DNA of 63,915 nucleotides, the filler included, from Hyphochytrium catenoides (taxonomy: Eukaryota > Protista > Hyphochytriomycota), in NCBI GenBank assembly GCA_900088475.1. It is 11 parts of 11 records of this genome, joined end to end, with 100 filler letters (N's around TTAATTAATTAA, not from the genome) between each part and the next. Parts side by side here need not be neighbours in the genome. Positions count along the whole stretch, not along the records: positions 30,581 to 36,798 come from FLMG01003350.1; positions 36,899 to 50,014 come from FLMG01001948.1; 9 more parts are not named here. One strand, written 5' to 3'. The notes beneath the pieces were generated by a model. The model did no database searches. It was not told the origin of the DNA and saw only the letters and a list, made by a program, of their open reading frames with translations. Positions 33,943-46,100 of this stretch are shown here, in pieces (positions within the stretch are counted from its first letter, which is position 1; each line of letters starts with the position of its first letter). Position numbers and translations under genes: made by a program.

Positions 33943-36798
33943 AGTTTTATGTCTCTACCTTCTTCCCTCTATTGCTGCCTTTGGCTTGAATAAGAAGACA
34001 ATCGCTAATCTGCTTCGCGCAACGTTTATGGCACCGATAGAGCCACCACCGTAATATGATAGAGGAGTGATCCTATCACCCGGAGCTCAAGCAGAAGAGT
34101 AGAAGAGACGATAAGAAAAGGCAAGCGTAGGAGGTAATAGGAGACGGAAGAGCAAGACCAGCGAACCTCCAAGTTCTCCACAGAGTAATTTGAAGAATGA
34201 CCCTGGCCTTTGAGCGAGGGGTGTTTTTCTGATTCCATGCTGAGTGCATTTTCCAGCTTGCCTCCGTACGACGCCGCGGCTTCTACTCGGACTGCCAGTG
34301 GTGGGCCTAGTGACACCACAGTTTCTCTCCTCTTTCTCTTCCTCCCTTTCAGCTCGGTTGATTACGTCTCGTACTCCTGGTTTAGCCCGCTAACCCGTCC
34401 CTCTCTTCCGCTTCTTTGTTCCTCTCGGCTGTCCTCGGTTCACTCTCCTCGAGCTTTCGACATAAGTTACTGTTAAGCAGCTTGCACCTTCCTCCGCAGC
34501 TGCCGTTGCCTCAAGAGCACACCAAAGATAGCTGTGCAACGTTGACACCATCACCGTGTCCTCTGTCTTACTTTATGACGTCCTGCTACTTTCTAACCAA
34601 GAGGCGATGAAGAATGGTCTTGTTCTCCTAGTAGTAAGCACTGTGCCCACTATGACAAAAAGCACTTGGTCAAAAGAAAGGCGCGAGGAGTCAGAGGATG
34701 TACCATCAGATGCTGGCCGCGTCGTCATTGAGCTGATGACGGAGTCGACGCTAAGAAGCAGCAGCGCTGAGGCAACATCAGGAGCGCGGCGGCCGTCTGG
34801 TTGTCGGTGGGCGGCACGATAGGTGTGAGGTAAAAGATCGGAAAAGGGAACTGCAGTCATCAGACAGAGGAGGAGGAGAGTGAGTGACAGTCGAGAGACA
34901 GAGTGAGCGAGTGACAGTAGAGATACAGTAAGATTGAGGAGGAGAGTGTCGAACACTAGCGCGAGAAAGAGTGGTGACAGAGCTAGAGACAAGCGAGACA
35001 GACCAAACTCCAGAAGGGCCTCACTCTTTACTTCTTACCGACAGGAGTTTCTATTCCCAGGAATCGAGTCATTGGCAAGTCTCGAATAGATTAAACAGCA
35101 TTTGAAAGTAAATGATGGAGGAAAACCTATAGATCCCAATTCACTAGAGCCGTGATCCGAGTACTAACCCAAATAAAGGGCCCGGGGTTTGTAAAAGTAA
35201 AACCAATTCTTGGCTTCAGTTCTATTCCCAGTGTTACAATCTTGTGTGCCTTGGTCCCCCTTCCTCTGTCTCCTTGCCTCCATCCTGCCTCTGTCTCCCA
35301 CCCACCATCTCCCAATCTTATTCCGCCTTCCGTACATCACCAGCCGCTCTACTGCGTCTCAAGGGCAGAACGCCGAAGGCCCGTAAAACGACTTCCCCCA
35401 ACTAACATCCCACGGTCCCGATACTTTCAATAGATTTCATGACCACAACAAAATATCTGAATACTTCGCAACAAACACACCGACCCTACGTCCAAAGCCC
35501 TTTGGTTATGTTGGTACTTTGATCCTCGACCACATCTGTGTAAGGAGGATGCTTCCTCATCTGGAGCTTTCTCCAAATTTTCCAGTCCTGGAAGAGTAGG
35601 CACCCAGCCAGCGAACCGCCAGCCAAGGAGTTGCTCTGCTCTACCTATTCTATCGCCGAATATCCGTGTAGGTCACGAACATCATGAAGCAGCTGTACCT
35701 CATCCTTCGCCGCTGATATCACCTGTTGCTATCTCTTCACGTTTAGCGCTGGTCCTGTCCGCTACCTGCTCCTTCGCCTCTGTGGGCCGCGAGACAGAAT
35801 GAGTGAGGCACTAGAAGCAGCACCAGAAAAGCTCCAGATAGCTGGCTTCTGCTTCCTGCTGCTGCTGCGGCGGTGGCGGCGGCTCCTCCTCCTCCCTGAC
35901 GCTGGCTCAAGTGTAGAGTCTTGTCTGTTTGCCTTCATCACTGCAGCAGCAGCAGCATCAGCGTGTGCTGTCTCTCAGCGCACTAGCAGCAGTGGAAGGG
36001 AAAAGCAGAAGGAACGACCGACGTCGGGATGAAGAAGAAGAGGAAGGAAATATGAGGAAGAGAGGACCGACCAGGCAGCAGGACGGCAGCTGAGGAGGTG
36101 AGGATGCAGCTTCTGGCGCGTCCAACAGGTTGTGTGCTGACTATCGTGATTCCTCCAACTTCTGCAGCCCCTCGCCTCCTCTTTACTACTCCTGAGGTTG
36201 GCAGAAGGGGCAGCGGCATGGGAGCTTCTTCTCTTCAGTCATTATGTAACAGAGTGGCAGACAGTCGTGCTCTCTTCTGGTTAGAATTGTCTATTCCTAT
36301 CCCTACACCTTATTTGCTAATCGCAGACGACAACAAACGCCGGACCTTCGCATGGCATCACGCAGCTTGTTCTTCGTGTCTATGGTAGGACAGTTTCATG
36401 CTGAGTCTTGTGTGGCACCTCTTGTTGTCATCGCTGCTTCCTTTCTCCGGAACTACTTATTTTACCTCCTTTTATTCTCCCTTCGATGAATGTAATGACG
36501 CCGCAATGAGCCAAAGTTTGCTTCTTTGCCTTTGCCACTGGCACATACTACTCGTCACGCCCCGTGCACAGTAAAGAAGGAGAGAGGTAGGAAAGAGAGT
36601 CATAGACGAAGAGAGAGTGAGGAGGCATACGACAGGAAAGAAGAGAGACGAAAGCCACGTCGTCTTGATCTTCCTGTCTGCCTTCCGCGGCCGCATTGGA
36701 AGAGGCATCAAAAGTAGCAGTTGTGTGTAAATTACCGAACTTGAGCAGCAGTGATCCGCTGCGTCGCTCTCCTCAGTGCTAGACCTGCAACAGTTACT

Positions 36799-36898
36799 NN
36801 NNNNNNNNNNNNNNNNNNNNNNNNNNNNNNNNNNNNNNNNNNTTAATTAATTAANNNNNNNNNNNNNNNNNNNNNNNNNNNNNNNNNNNNNNNNNNNN
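36799..36898. other. Artificial contig-joining spacer
   Basis: 44 N + TTAATTAATTAA + 44 N. Confidence 0.97.
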
Positions 36899-37128
36899 AG
36901 AGAGAGAGAGAGAGAGAGAGAAAAGAGAGGTAAGAGAAGAGGAACTCCGAACGAAGCCACTCAACTAGACAATGCGAACTGAAGAGGAGCCAGACTTTGA
37001 TGAAAACTTTGAAGCAGTAATGTAGGGACAATGGAGAGAAAGAGGTCGCTCTTCCTCCTTCTCTTCTCTTTCTCCACTTCTCTCTCTCTCTCCACCTTTC
37101 TCTTTCTTCGTGGTCTGGCGTAACTTAC

Positions 37129-37352
37129 CCATCAGCTCATTCTGTGTGAAGAATTTGGTCCACTTCGCCTCATCAACGTGAAGATCCTCAGGAGAGAGCT
37201 CTGAAGACTTCTCTTCTCTCTTGGAGGCAGGGGCGCCTGCAGGAGCTAAATCTGGCTTGGGGATCGCTAGACAGAATAGCGTTCAGGAAGGTAAGTCAAG
37301 AGGGAGGGACAGAGAGAGAGGAGAGGAGAAAAGAGAGAGCGGAGAGAAAGAA

Positions 37353-37387
<35 letters not shown>

Positions 37388-37798
37388 GGGAAAGCGAGCA
37401 AGGAAGGTGAGACAGAGGCACAGACAAAGTGCCAGGCATTTTTGAGAAATTTGGCAGCCGAGAGAAGGACTCAGAGCGGGGAGGGTAAGGAAGGGACAAG
37501 ATACGGCTAGATCACTGCTGAGAAAAGGAGGAAGCAAGAGGATTCACCAAGATAGAGAAAAGCTGGACGTACTAAGAAGGCAAGCAGAGCAGAGAGAGAG
37601 AGAGAAAAGAGGAAAACAAAGAGACAGAGAGAGGAGAGAAAGAGAGAGAGAGAAAGAGAGGAAGGACGATAGAGAAATAGAGAGATCACCTCGTGCCGCA
37701 GCCTGCATCGAGGGCTCTTTCTCACTCTTCGGCCCGTCAGCAGTGCCTGCCCTGGCCCGCTTCTCTTCTCTCTTCATCTTAGATGCTGACTTGCCCAT
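37129..37798 (-). CDS. 5' exons of a probable N-myristoylated protein (3' end truncated by the segment edge)
   Basis: Exons 37798-37690 and 37266-37129 splice in frame: MGKSASKMKREEK...AIPKPDLAP...DEAKWTKFFTQNELM. MGxxxS is the myristoylation consensus. Confidence 0.55.
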
Positions 37799-38107
37799 GT
37801 TTCTTCTATTCTCTTTCTCTAGCTTAAGACGGAAACACTGCTGAATCAGTAACAACGAGACTGGATAGAACGAAGCGAGAGAGAGAGAGAGAAAAAGAAG
37901 AAGAGATCGGGTATCTGTCTGGAGTCTTCGCGGCGACCAGGAAGAGAGATTCTGGCGCGCTGTGGATGGCTTGGCCCTGGAGAACACGCTGGTAATCCCA
38001 GATCACTCAGAACCTTCGGGAGGGACGAGCAGAAAAGACGACGACAAAGAAAGGGAACGCATCATCCAAGTTAGAGTTAGCAGTGGAAGATTACAAGCAT
38101 CAGTCCA

Positions 38108-38136
38108 TGAGAGAGGGAGAGAGAGTGAAAGAGAGG

Positions 38137-38186
<50 letters not shown>

Positions 38187-38385
38187 GAGAGAGAAAACGA
38201 GAGGAAAAGAGAGAGATCACTGAGAGAGAGAGAGAGCGAGAGCGAGAGAGCCGAGAGGGAGAGATGGAGCCGAGAGAGAGAGAGAGAACCGAGAGAGAGA
38301 GAGAGAACCGAGAGAGAGAGAGAGAACCGAGAGAGAGAAAGAGAGAGAGAGAGAGAGGTCACAGGGGGTGGGGAGAGAGAGAGAC
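38108..38385. repeat. Representative long compound (AG)n microsatellite; dozens of similar tracts occur throughout the window
   Basis: Near-pure gagaga runs; others at e.g. 2565-2660, 40600-40700, 41290-41340, 58605-58690 and 63610-63830. Many N gaps and contig ends fall in such tracts. Confidence 0.95.
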
Positions 38386-39286
38386 ACATCTGAACAAAAT
38401 CCTTTCCCAGTACGAACAAGCACAAAACACAGGAACAAAGAAGGGACAAAGCAAGGAGCCGGTAACCCCCACAGGTCAAGATCTAAGATCTTCCAGAAAT
38501 AATCAGAGGAATAATCAGAGAGAGGATAATCCTATACATGATCTATCACTGTGAGTAGAGGAATAGATTTTCTTCTGAGATGTTATGAAGCGTTGTCTCC
38601 ACAGATCTCTCGCATCTTCGTCTTCACTTTGTATGGCGAGCCAGGCAGGCAGGAGGAAAGGGCTCGCTCGATGTCCCCATGGCGACTTCTCTTTAACTGC
38701 TGCAGCATTGCACCTTTGGGACTCTAGACTGTACGAGGATGATCTCAGTCTCTCCTCGTCGCGATCGCGTTGTTTTGGTTTTACGTGGCGTGCCTGGAAG
38801 TATTTATCACGAAGTTTCCTCTTTCCTCCTGGAGAGAGATGACAGGCACGTACGAAGGACAAGCAACACGAAGGGAGAGGTACTTCTAGAGGAGATACGA
38901 TGAAGGACCACAAAGAACTGGGGGCCAATTATAGCTGCTGCAGCGTCCAGATTGTTTGGCCACCAGGCTGATTCCTTGGAAGCACGATAAACAGCATCAC
39001 CTCTTTCTATCCAACATCTAGAAGCGAACCTCGCTAGGCGAGACTGACTGATGCTTGGGAGGACGAGGAAAAGGGAAGAGAAAGTACTATATATGCTTAT
39101 CCTTACTAATAGCGGGCACACAAGGATGTGACAGCCTTTCCCAAGATGCCAGGAAGTAGTTGTTCGCCCTGCCTGTGTCTATCGATGCACCAGATGGCTC
39201 ACGCTCGTGCTGGCTGGCGATAAAGAAGGGTATAAGGCTAGGAAAGGAGAGAGAGACACTAGTGACGTAAGATGAAGAAGGACAAT

Positions 39287-40021
39287 CTACAAGTTAAGGG
39301 TGTGGCCGTCGTCAGGTTGCAACTTGGCCTTGTTGTTTGGTGTGAGTGTGATGGAGTCAGCCTCCTGAGCTCTCTGTCGCCGCTCTTTCTTCCTCTTATG
39401 GCTCCTCACCATAAGCGCGGCCGCCACAGAAATGAGTGCAGCGCCAGCTACAGCGCACACAATGATCACTGCATAGAAGCCGGCACTCTTTCCCTCTTTG
39501 GAAGGGGCAACGTCACTGACTGCATCGTCCAGCGCATGAACCATGCTGCTCGCGTAGTGATTGAAGGCTGAGATGATGTTGAAGCCATTCCAGCTCTTAT
39601 GATGATGGTGCGGGTTAGCGTCCTCCATAGCGTTGGCTGAGGAAAAGCTATTGGCGAGGTTTGGGACACGGTGGTAGGGTCCATAGTCCTCCTGTTTAGG
39701 GCCATAATTCTCTGCCAGAGGAGTGTCTAGAAGGTAGTTGAAAGCTCGAATATTCTGCTGGCGCTGTCCGGCCTGAAGGTTCTGTTCACCACCAGGGCCA
39801 ATGTAGTTCCTAGGATAGTTGATTAGCTGACCGTATGAAGCCTGATAATCTTGATTGCCAACGTACTCCGGTTGATGGTATGCGCCGCTGTCGTAGGGCA
39901 TCTGAGGCGGCATACCACCGTTATAAAAGCTGGGGATCCCCACAGAAGAGGCATGTGTGAGAGAGAAACAGAGAAGGCTGCAAATGCACAGAAGGGTACG
40001 ATGACGATGTTGAGAAAGCAT
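39287..40021 (-). CDS. Single-pass type I membrane protein of unknown function (~244 aa)
   Basis: The ATG at 40021 gives a signal peptide (TLLCICSLLCFSLTHA), a Tyr/Gln/Asn/Pro-rich ectodomain, a TM helix (FYAVIIVCAVAGAALISVAAALMV) and a basic stop-transfer (RSHKRKKERR). Confidence 0.75.
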   Translation of the reverse strand: MLSQHRHRTLLCICSLLCFSLTHASSVGIPSFYNGGMPPQMPYDSGAYHQPEYVGNQDYQASYGQLINYPRNYIGPGGEQNLQAGQRQQNIRAFNYLLDTPLAENYGPKQEDYGPYHRVPNLANSFSSANAMEDANPHHHHKSWNGFNIISAFNHYASSMVHALDDAVSDVAPSKEGKSAGFYAVIIVCAVAGAALISVAAALMVRSHKRKKERRQRAQEADSITLTPNNKAKLQPDDGHTLNL

Positions 40022-40609
40022 GGCAGGCAGGACGCCAAGCGCAGTCAAGGTGCAACTACGAGATTTCTTCCTCTGTTTCCTGTTCTTCAACTGTGCGCAG
40101 ATGCAATGACCTTGCAGAAGCGTCGCTTTGGAAATCTGGTGAATGACCAGCAAGTGATCTTTTGGCTGATAATGGAAAGACAAAGAGATCTTAGCAAAAA
40201 GAAAGGAGACTTATAGAGGAAAAGAGGTTTGACTCTCTCCTGTCTCTCTCTCTCTCTCTTGCTCTGTCTCTCTCTCTCAGAATCTCTCTCTCTTTCTCAG
40301 AAGCTCTCTCTCTCTCTCCCTTCTTTCGCTTTCCCTCTCATCTGTACGCTGTAACCTGGGAGACGCTGAGAGACGCGGGTGCGGAGCTGTCAAGAGAAGT
40401 GCTCTCACAGACACGACGATGGACGATCCTGATTGGCTATCCTTCTTGATTAATTTAGTCATATCCCTAATATTACCATTCGGATCACGTTTTAATGAGT
40501 CCTTTATTCAGAACAGGTATAATAGTCGCTTAGACGCCCTGTGATTGGTTTAAAAAATTCTTTCTGCTTGCTAGAGAGTCATGAGATCTTTGCCATCACA
40601 GAGAAAGAA

Positions 40610-40672
<63 letters not shown>

Positions 40673-41285
40673 AGGGAGAGGGAGAGGCAGACAGACAGAG
40701 AAAAAGAGAGAACAGAGAGAGGCAGACACAGAGACACAGAGATTGGCGATTGGGAAGCTGAAGCGTGCGTCGGAAGCATGGGCATGCAGAACGCTTGGAG
40801 TACCTGTTGAGGAGAGAGAGAGAAAGAGAGAAAGAGAAAGTCAACAAGAGAGAGATGAGAGAGAGGCTCGACAACCAGGGAAAGGCTCTTACATTCCGTA
40901 AAAGGAGCTGAGGATTGTAGTGGGATGGACAGTCTATTTTTCAAGGAGGCTGAAGAGATCGGCAAGTCTCTCTCTCTCTTTCTACTATGAAGCTGGAAGC
41001 AAAAGAGTGATGGCTTCCTCCTCCTACACAGAAACAAGAAAGAGGCTAAGAAAGAGTGAGAGGGAGCGAAAGAGAGAGACAGGAACAACGCACAGGAAAG
41101 GAGACAGAGAAAGACAGGAAAGAGAGACACGAAAAGACAGAGAAGACAGAAGGAAGACGAAGGTGATGAGACCGGCAACAAAGAAGGCTGCAAGGAGGGA
41201 ATGAGAAGCGCGTGGACAACGAAGAGCAGCGGGGGCACCGAGCTTGAAAAGTTAATATCCGTTAAAAGTGTGGAGAGAGAGGGAA

Positions 41286-41344
<59 letters not shown>

Positions 41345-42024
41345 TTTGGGGCGAATGGGAAGGACAATTTGAGAAAAAGCAAGAGATGCCAAGCTCTAGT
41401 TCACCTTCTTGTCTCCCAGCTCATATCTTGCATTGAAGGCCTGATCAGACAAAGTAGCTTCAGCAATCTCTATCTGCAGGAAGCGAAATCAGAAACAATG
41501 AGGACGTCCAACGGACAGGAGCGAGAAAGTGAGAGAGGGAGAGCATTGAGCGGCACGAGCTTCAGTCTCCCTACCCGCGATCTCAGCTCCTTCGTTTTTC
41601 TCCGGAGTTGTCGCTGCCATGACGCCATTTTCAGATGAACGAGCTATCAAAACGCGGCACCCTGTGTGTGAGTGAGAGAGAGAAAAGGAAAATGAAAGAT
41701 AAAAGAGTGAGAAAGGCCAACGTAGCGACTACCTTTTCTGCCCATTCACCTCTTTTGTCTGCTGGTGCAAGAGAGAGAACAAGAGACTAGACGAGAAGCC
41801 TCTTTGTATTTACTTCCACTCTTCTGCTGCTTTAGCTCTCCCGAACCGGCGCCGCCATCCTGCTAGCGTTGGTAGACCGTCGCCTATGAAGCAGAGGGAA
41901 GAGGAGAGGAAAGAAGGCAAGAGAGAAAGGGAGAGAGAGAGAGAATGGTCAGACGTGAGGGGAGAGAGGCGAGGACGAGGAGAAGAGCGAGGAATGAAAG
42001 GCTCGCGCCGTCCAACATCCGCAC

Positions 42025-42690
42025 CTTACCGTCGGTTCACAGGCATCGACATCCTGAACAATCTATCTCTCCTCTTTCCTCTCTCTTTCTTGGTTAACCC
42101 TAATATTGGAGTCCGCTATCCATATCTCAGCTGTGCTCTGTCTCTTCAACCCACCCGAAGACCTCAACGACTAGAGTTCAAGAGATGAGAAGAGAGTGAA
42201 AGAAGGGAGAGAATGGAGAACAGAGACATGAGAGAGAGGAGGAAGGAGAGGCAAAGAGAAACAAAAGAGAGGAGAAAACCAGCTTCTTAGGCAGGCTTGT
42301 CATCAGGCACGTGAGGAGAGAAAGGCCGGACGAGGAGAAGAGAGAGAAAGGAATGCTCGCGCCAAGAAGATTCTTTAGCATTGGCATCTTACCTCAGTTC
42401 ACAGGTATCTATCTCTTGATCAATCTGTCTCCTCTGTCCCTCCTCTCTGTGCTTTCTTAACCCTCAGGGTTTTTGCTGCTAAGGATACCTCATCTCCACT
42501 CTGTCTCTTCAAACCACCTAGTAAACCTCAACCCGCAGGGAGAGACGTTGAAAAAGTGATGCGAGTTCCGGGAGAGAGAGAGAGAGAGCTTGGCGATCAA
42601 GAAGAGAGAAAGCAAGAGACTAAGAGAGAGAGAGGCGACCAACTTTCCGGACAGGCTTGTCCTCAGCATCACCTAAGAGATGTCAAAGCC
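42025..42690. repeat. Diverged two-copy tandem duplication, ~360-bp period
   Basis: cttacc..gttcacagg.atc...caatct.tctc...ttaaccct...ctctgtctcttcaa.ccacc...acctcaac at ~42025 and ~42388; caggcttgtc.tcag at ~42292 and ~42652. Confidence 0.7.
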
Positions 42691-43024
42691 TTGTCTTCCC
42701 AGACGAAGCTCTTCTTTTTGTCCTCAGAAGAAGCAAGAACAGGAGAGAGAGAGAGACAGAAAGAGATGTTGGACAATCGACCGCGAGAGATTAAGGAGCA
42801 AGAGAGAAAGAGCAAGACGGTCGAGAGAGAGAGCGAAACACGAGGAAAAGAAAGAAGAAAGAGAAGGAGAGGGGCAGAAAGAAGAAGAGAAAAACAAAAC
42901 GAGATAGAAAGGGTAACTTGTTCCTTGGTCAGAGTAGTCACCATAGATAGCACAGATAAGGACGGTACGGATAATAGAAGCAGGGAACCAGACAGTGACG
43001 TCTATGATGAAGGGGAGAGAAGGA

Positions 43025-43056
<32 letters not shown>

Positions 43057-43124
43057 CCCAGGCCGTGTGTCAGAGCTCCGCTCTTCTGTGTGGACGCGCA
43101 AGACCTCAATGCTCTCTGTCCTTG

Positions 43125-46100
43125 CTAGGAGAGAGGTACCTGCGGCGAAGGCCGCCTAGCCGCTAGGGGTCCCAGCAGGTGGAGAGGAAAGCGAGAAGAG
43201 ATGCCACCCTCCTGTGGTCTCTCTCTTCCTGACTGTCTCTCTCTTGCCGCTTCTGAATTGTTGTCCTCAGCACTATGTTGTTCCTCATCATCAGTGAGCT
43301 CTTCTATCGCGGAGGAGAATGTCTCTCCTTTCTCTTCCCTTTTCTCCAGGATCCGTTCTCTCTCTCCTCTTTCTCTGTGTCGTTTTCCTCTTTCTGCTTG
43401 CCTTTCTCCCATGGTTCCTGGTGTCTCTTTGCTTTCTTCCCTCTCTCTCTCTGGTCCACAGGCGTCCTTCCTCTGCTGGTTGAGCCTGGGAGCCGTCGCC
43501 TTCAGGAAGTCAGAAGAAGGAAGAAGCTTGTCCCTTTCCTTCTCTTCTTTCTTCTCTTCTCTTTCTCCACTCGCATTGGCGTCCTCCTTTTCTGGGAAGC
43601 CGCGTTTTGCTATCTTCCCTGTCGTCTTTCTAGCCTCTCTCTCTTCATCCTGGTTGCTGTTCTCTTCTTCTTCAAAGGAAAGAGACTCTTCCTTCTTCAT
43701 CTTCTCTGTTAGACACTCGTTCTTCTTCTCTTTCTCTTCGTCTTGTTCTCCCTTCTGTAGGTTTCCTGAGACCTGTTGTGGCGGCTCTCCTGATAAAGAG
43801 AGAGATATGCTGCTCTGGAGAGAGAGAGGAAAGGTGAAAGAAAGTCTCTCTCTTCTACTTTCACTGAACACTTGTGGGGTTGGAGGTCTGTTGATGATGC
43901 CTCGAGACCTAGGGTGCCGACGCAAGGAACGGCCAAAGGTAAAGCCCCACTGAGGAGTCCCGGGAGGAGAGAGAGGAGATTGAGACTGCTTCTGTCTCTC
44001 TCTTCTCTCTTGCGTGTCTTTTCTCTCTTCCTGAGGAGAGCTAGCCAAAGAGTAGTCAGCCTCGTATCTTCCCTTCATTTCTTCTTCAACCTTCCCTGTT
44101 GCCGTCGGTAGGAGTGTGGTTAGCTCTTCTCCTTGTGGTTCTTGCTTCAGTCTTCTCTCTCGTTCTCTCTCTTCTATTTCTCTCTTCTCCCCATCAGTCT
44201 TCTCTTCTTCCTCTTCCTCCTGTTGACTGCTCAGGAGTGGCCCACTGACTATGATAGGCGGCGGCCTGCGTCTCTCTCTCCTCCAAGCAGCATGAAGAGA
44301 GACTTCCTCCTCCTGTTGCTGTGTCTCTTCTGCTTCCGGGCTCTCCGCTACAACGTCTTTCTTCTCTCTTTCTTTCTTTTCTTTCTCTCCTCCGCCCACG
44401 GCTGGGGAGAGCTCGGCTACTTCTCTGTTTGTCTCTTCTGGAATCTTGTCTCCTTGTCTTTCTTCGCTGCTTCTCTCCTCCTGAGACGACGTAGAAATTG
44501 ATGGTTTCTCCGTCTCATTCTCTTCCTTCGCTGTCTTTGTCTCTTCGCATTCAATTTCTTGCTGTTCCCATATCTCTTCCTCGTTCCAACGTCTCCCATT
44601 CTCTCCTTCTTCTTCCTCCGTTGTTGCTTCATCTTCAAGAAGAAGAGACAGCTCCTCCTGAGTGATCGGCGCGTAAGTAGGAAAGAGACGCGCTCGGGTC
44701 TTGGCTCTCTCTCTGGCAACAGTAGCAGGAGAATCTGCAGATGTCAGCACAGAAGAGAAGGCAGGTGGTGTCTCCCTCTCTCCTCTTCTCCTCTCGCCCT
44801 TCCGGAAGGAGAGGGATGCAAAGAGGCGGTAGCAGTCCAAGTAGGGGAGAGACCGCGCCAGCGAAGGCAGGACATAGTCACCGAAGAGAGAGGAGAGAAG
44901 AGAGACACAATGAGCCTCTGCAATTGCTCTCCCCTTAGCCAAGAATAGAGCAAAGAGAGAGAATAAGCGGGAGAGGAGAGAGAATGCACCGGAGAGAAGA
45001 GAGAAGAAACGAGATAAGAGAGAGACGAGACGTGAGAAGATGGAGAAGACGACGGCAAAGGAAGGGAGAGGAGGAGAGAGGCGGCTCTCCAGAAGAGAGA
45101 GCAATGCCAAGAGAAGGAAACAGTCTCCAGGTCCTATTTCCACTCCAAAGAGGCAGAGAACAAGCCGCATGCCGGGGAGGAGAGAGAGAGAGAGAGAAGA
45201 GGCACAGCTCTCTTCAGATGTGTCCACGATGTAGACAAATAGAAGAAGGAGCCCAATATAAAGAGAGGGAAAGTGAAGACCGGCACGAGGCTTCTCTCTC
45301 TCTTCTGCTACTTTGTCTTCTCTCTTCTCTGGCATCTCTTGAGGGTTGTCTCTTCCTCCTTCGGCCTCCGGGAGCCTTAGAGTCTCAATCAGGCGTCTTC
45401 CTTGCTTCTTTTCTCGTTCGACTTCATCTCCTAGATCGTCCTTTCTTCTCTTCTCAAGAAGAGAGGCCTTCTCCTCTTCTCTCTTCTTCGCCGTTTCTTG
45501 CAAGCGCCTCGTTGTTTCTCTTCTGTTCCCAGCTTCTGAGGCGGCTTCTTTCTCTTCTCTTCTGTCTGTCTCCTTTTCTCTTTCTCCCTTCTTTGTCTCT
45601 TCGGTCGCCTGGAGCCTCTCTGAAGGCAGACACTGAGCATCTCTTTCTCTTGTTGTCTGGCCTGTCAGCCCTTGTACTTGCGCTTTGTTGGCTGCTTCCT
45701 CCTCCTCGTCATGCTTCTTGGTATCTGTCTCCGTCTCTGTCTCTGCCTTCGACATTCCTTGCTCCGATGATGGCTCTTCTTGAAGACTCCTTTCCTCCTC
45801 TGTCTCTCTCTCTTCTTCTTCCCGTTTCCGCCAGTCTTCTTCCCATGATAACTCTTCTCCTTCCTCCGAAGATGTCACTCTATCGTGGAGCTGCTCTAGT
45901 CTTCCCATCAAAAGATCCGCACAAGAGCAGGAGAGAGAGACTGGATCCTCATCTTTTCCTTCCCTTCTTCTTTCTCTTGAGACAGCACAGACCAGATGGA
46001 AGAGGGAATAAGAGCTCTTTCTCTCTTCCGCAGCCAATCCTCTCTCTAGATAGTCCATCAGAGAGAGAGAGAAGAGACGATGCAGCAGAGATTGGCATTT

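Noticed and set aside
35380-35500. Degraded Gypsy integrase GPY/F motif on the minus strand (LDVGSVCLLR...KY/GPWDV)
   Set aside because: Needs a stop and a frameshift and has no supporting integrase core.
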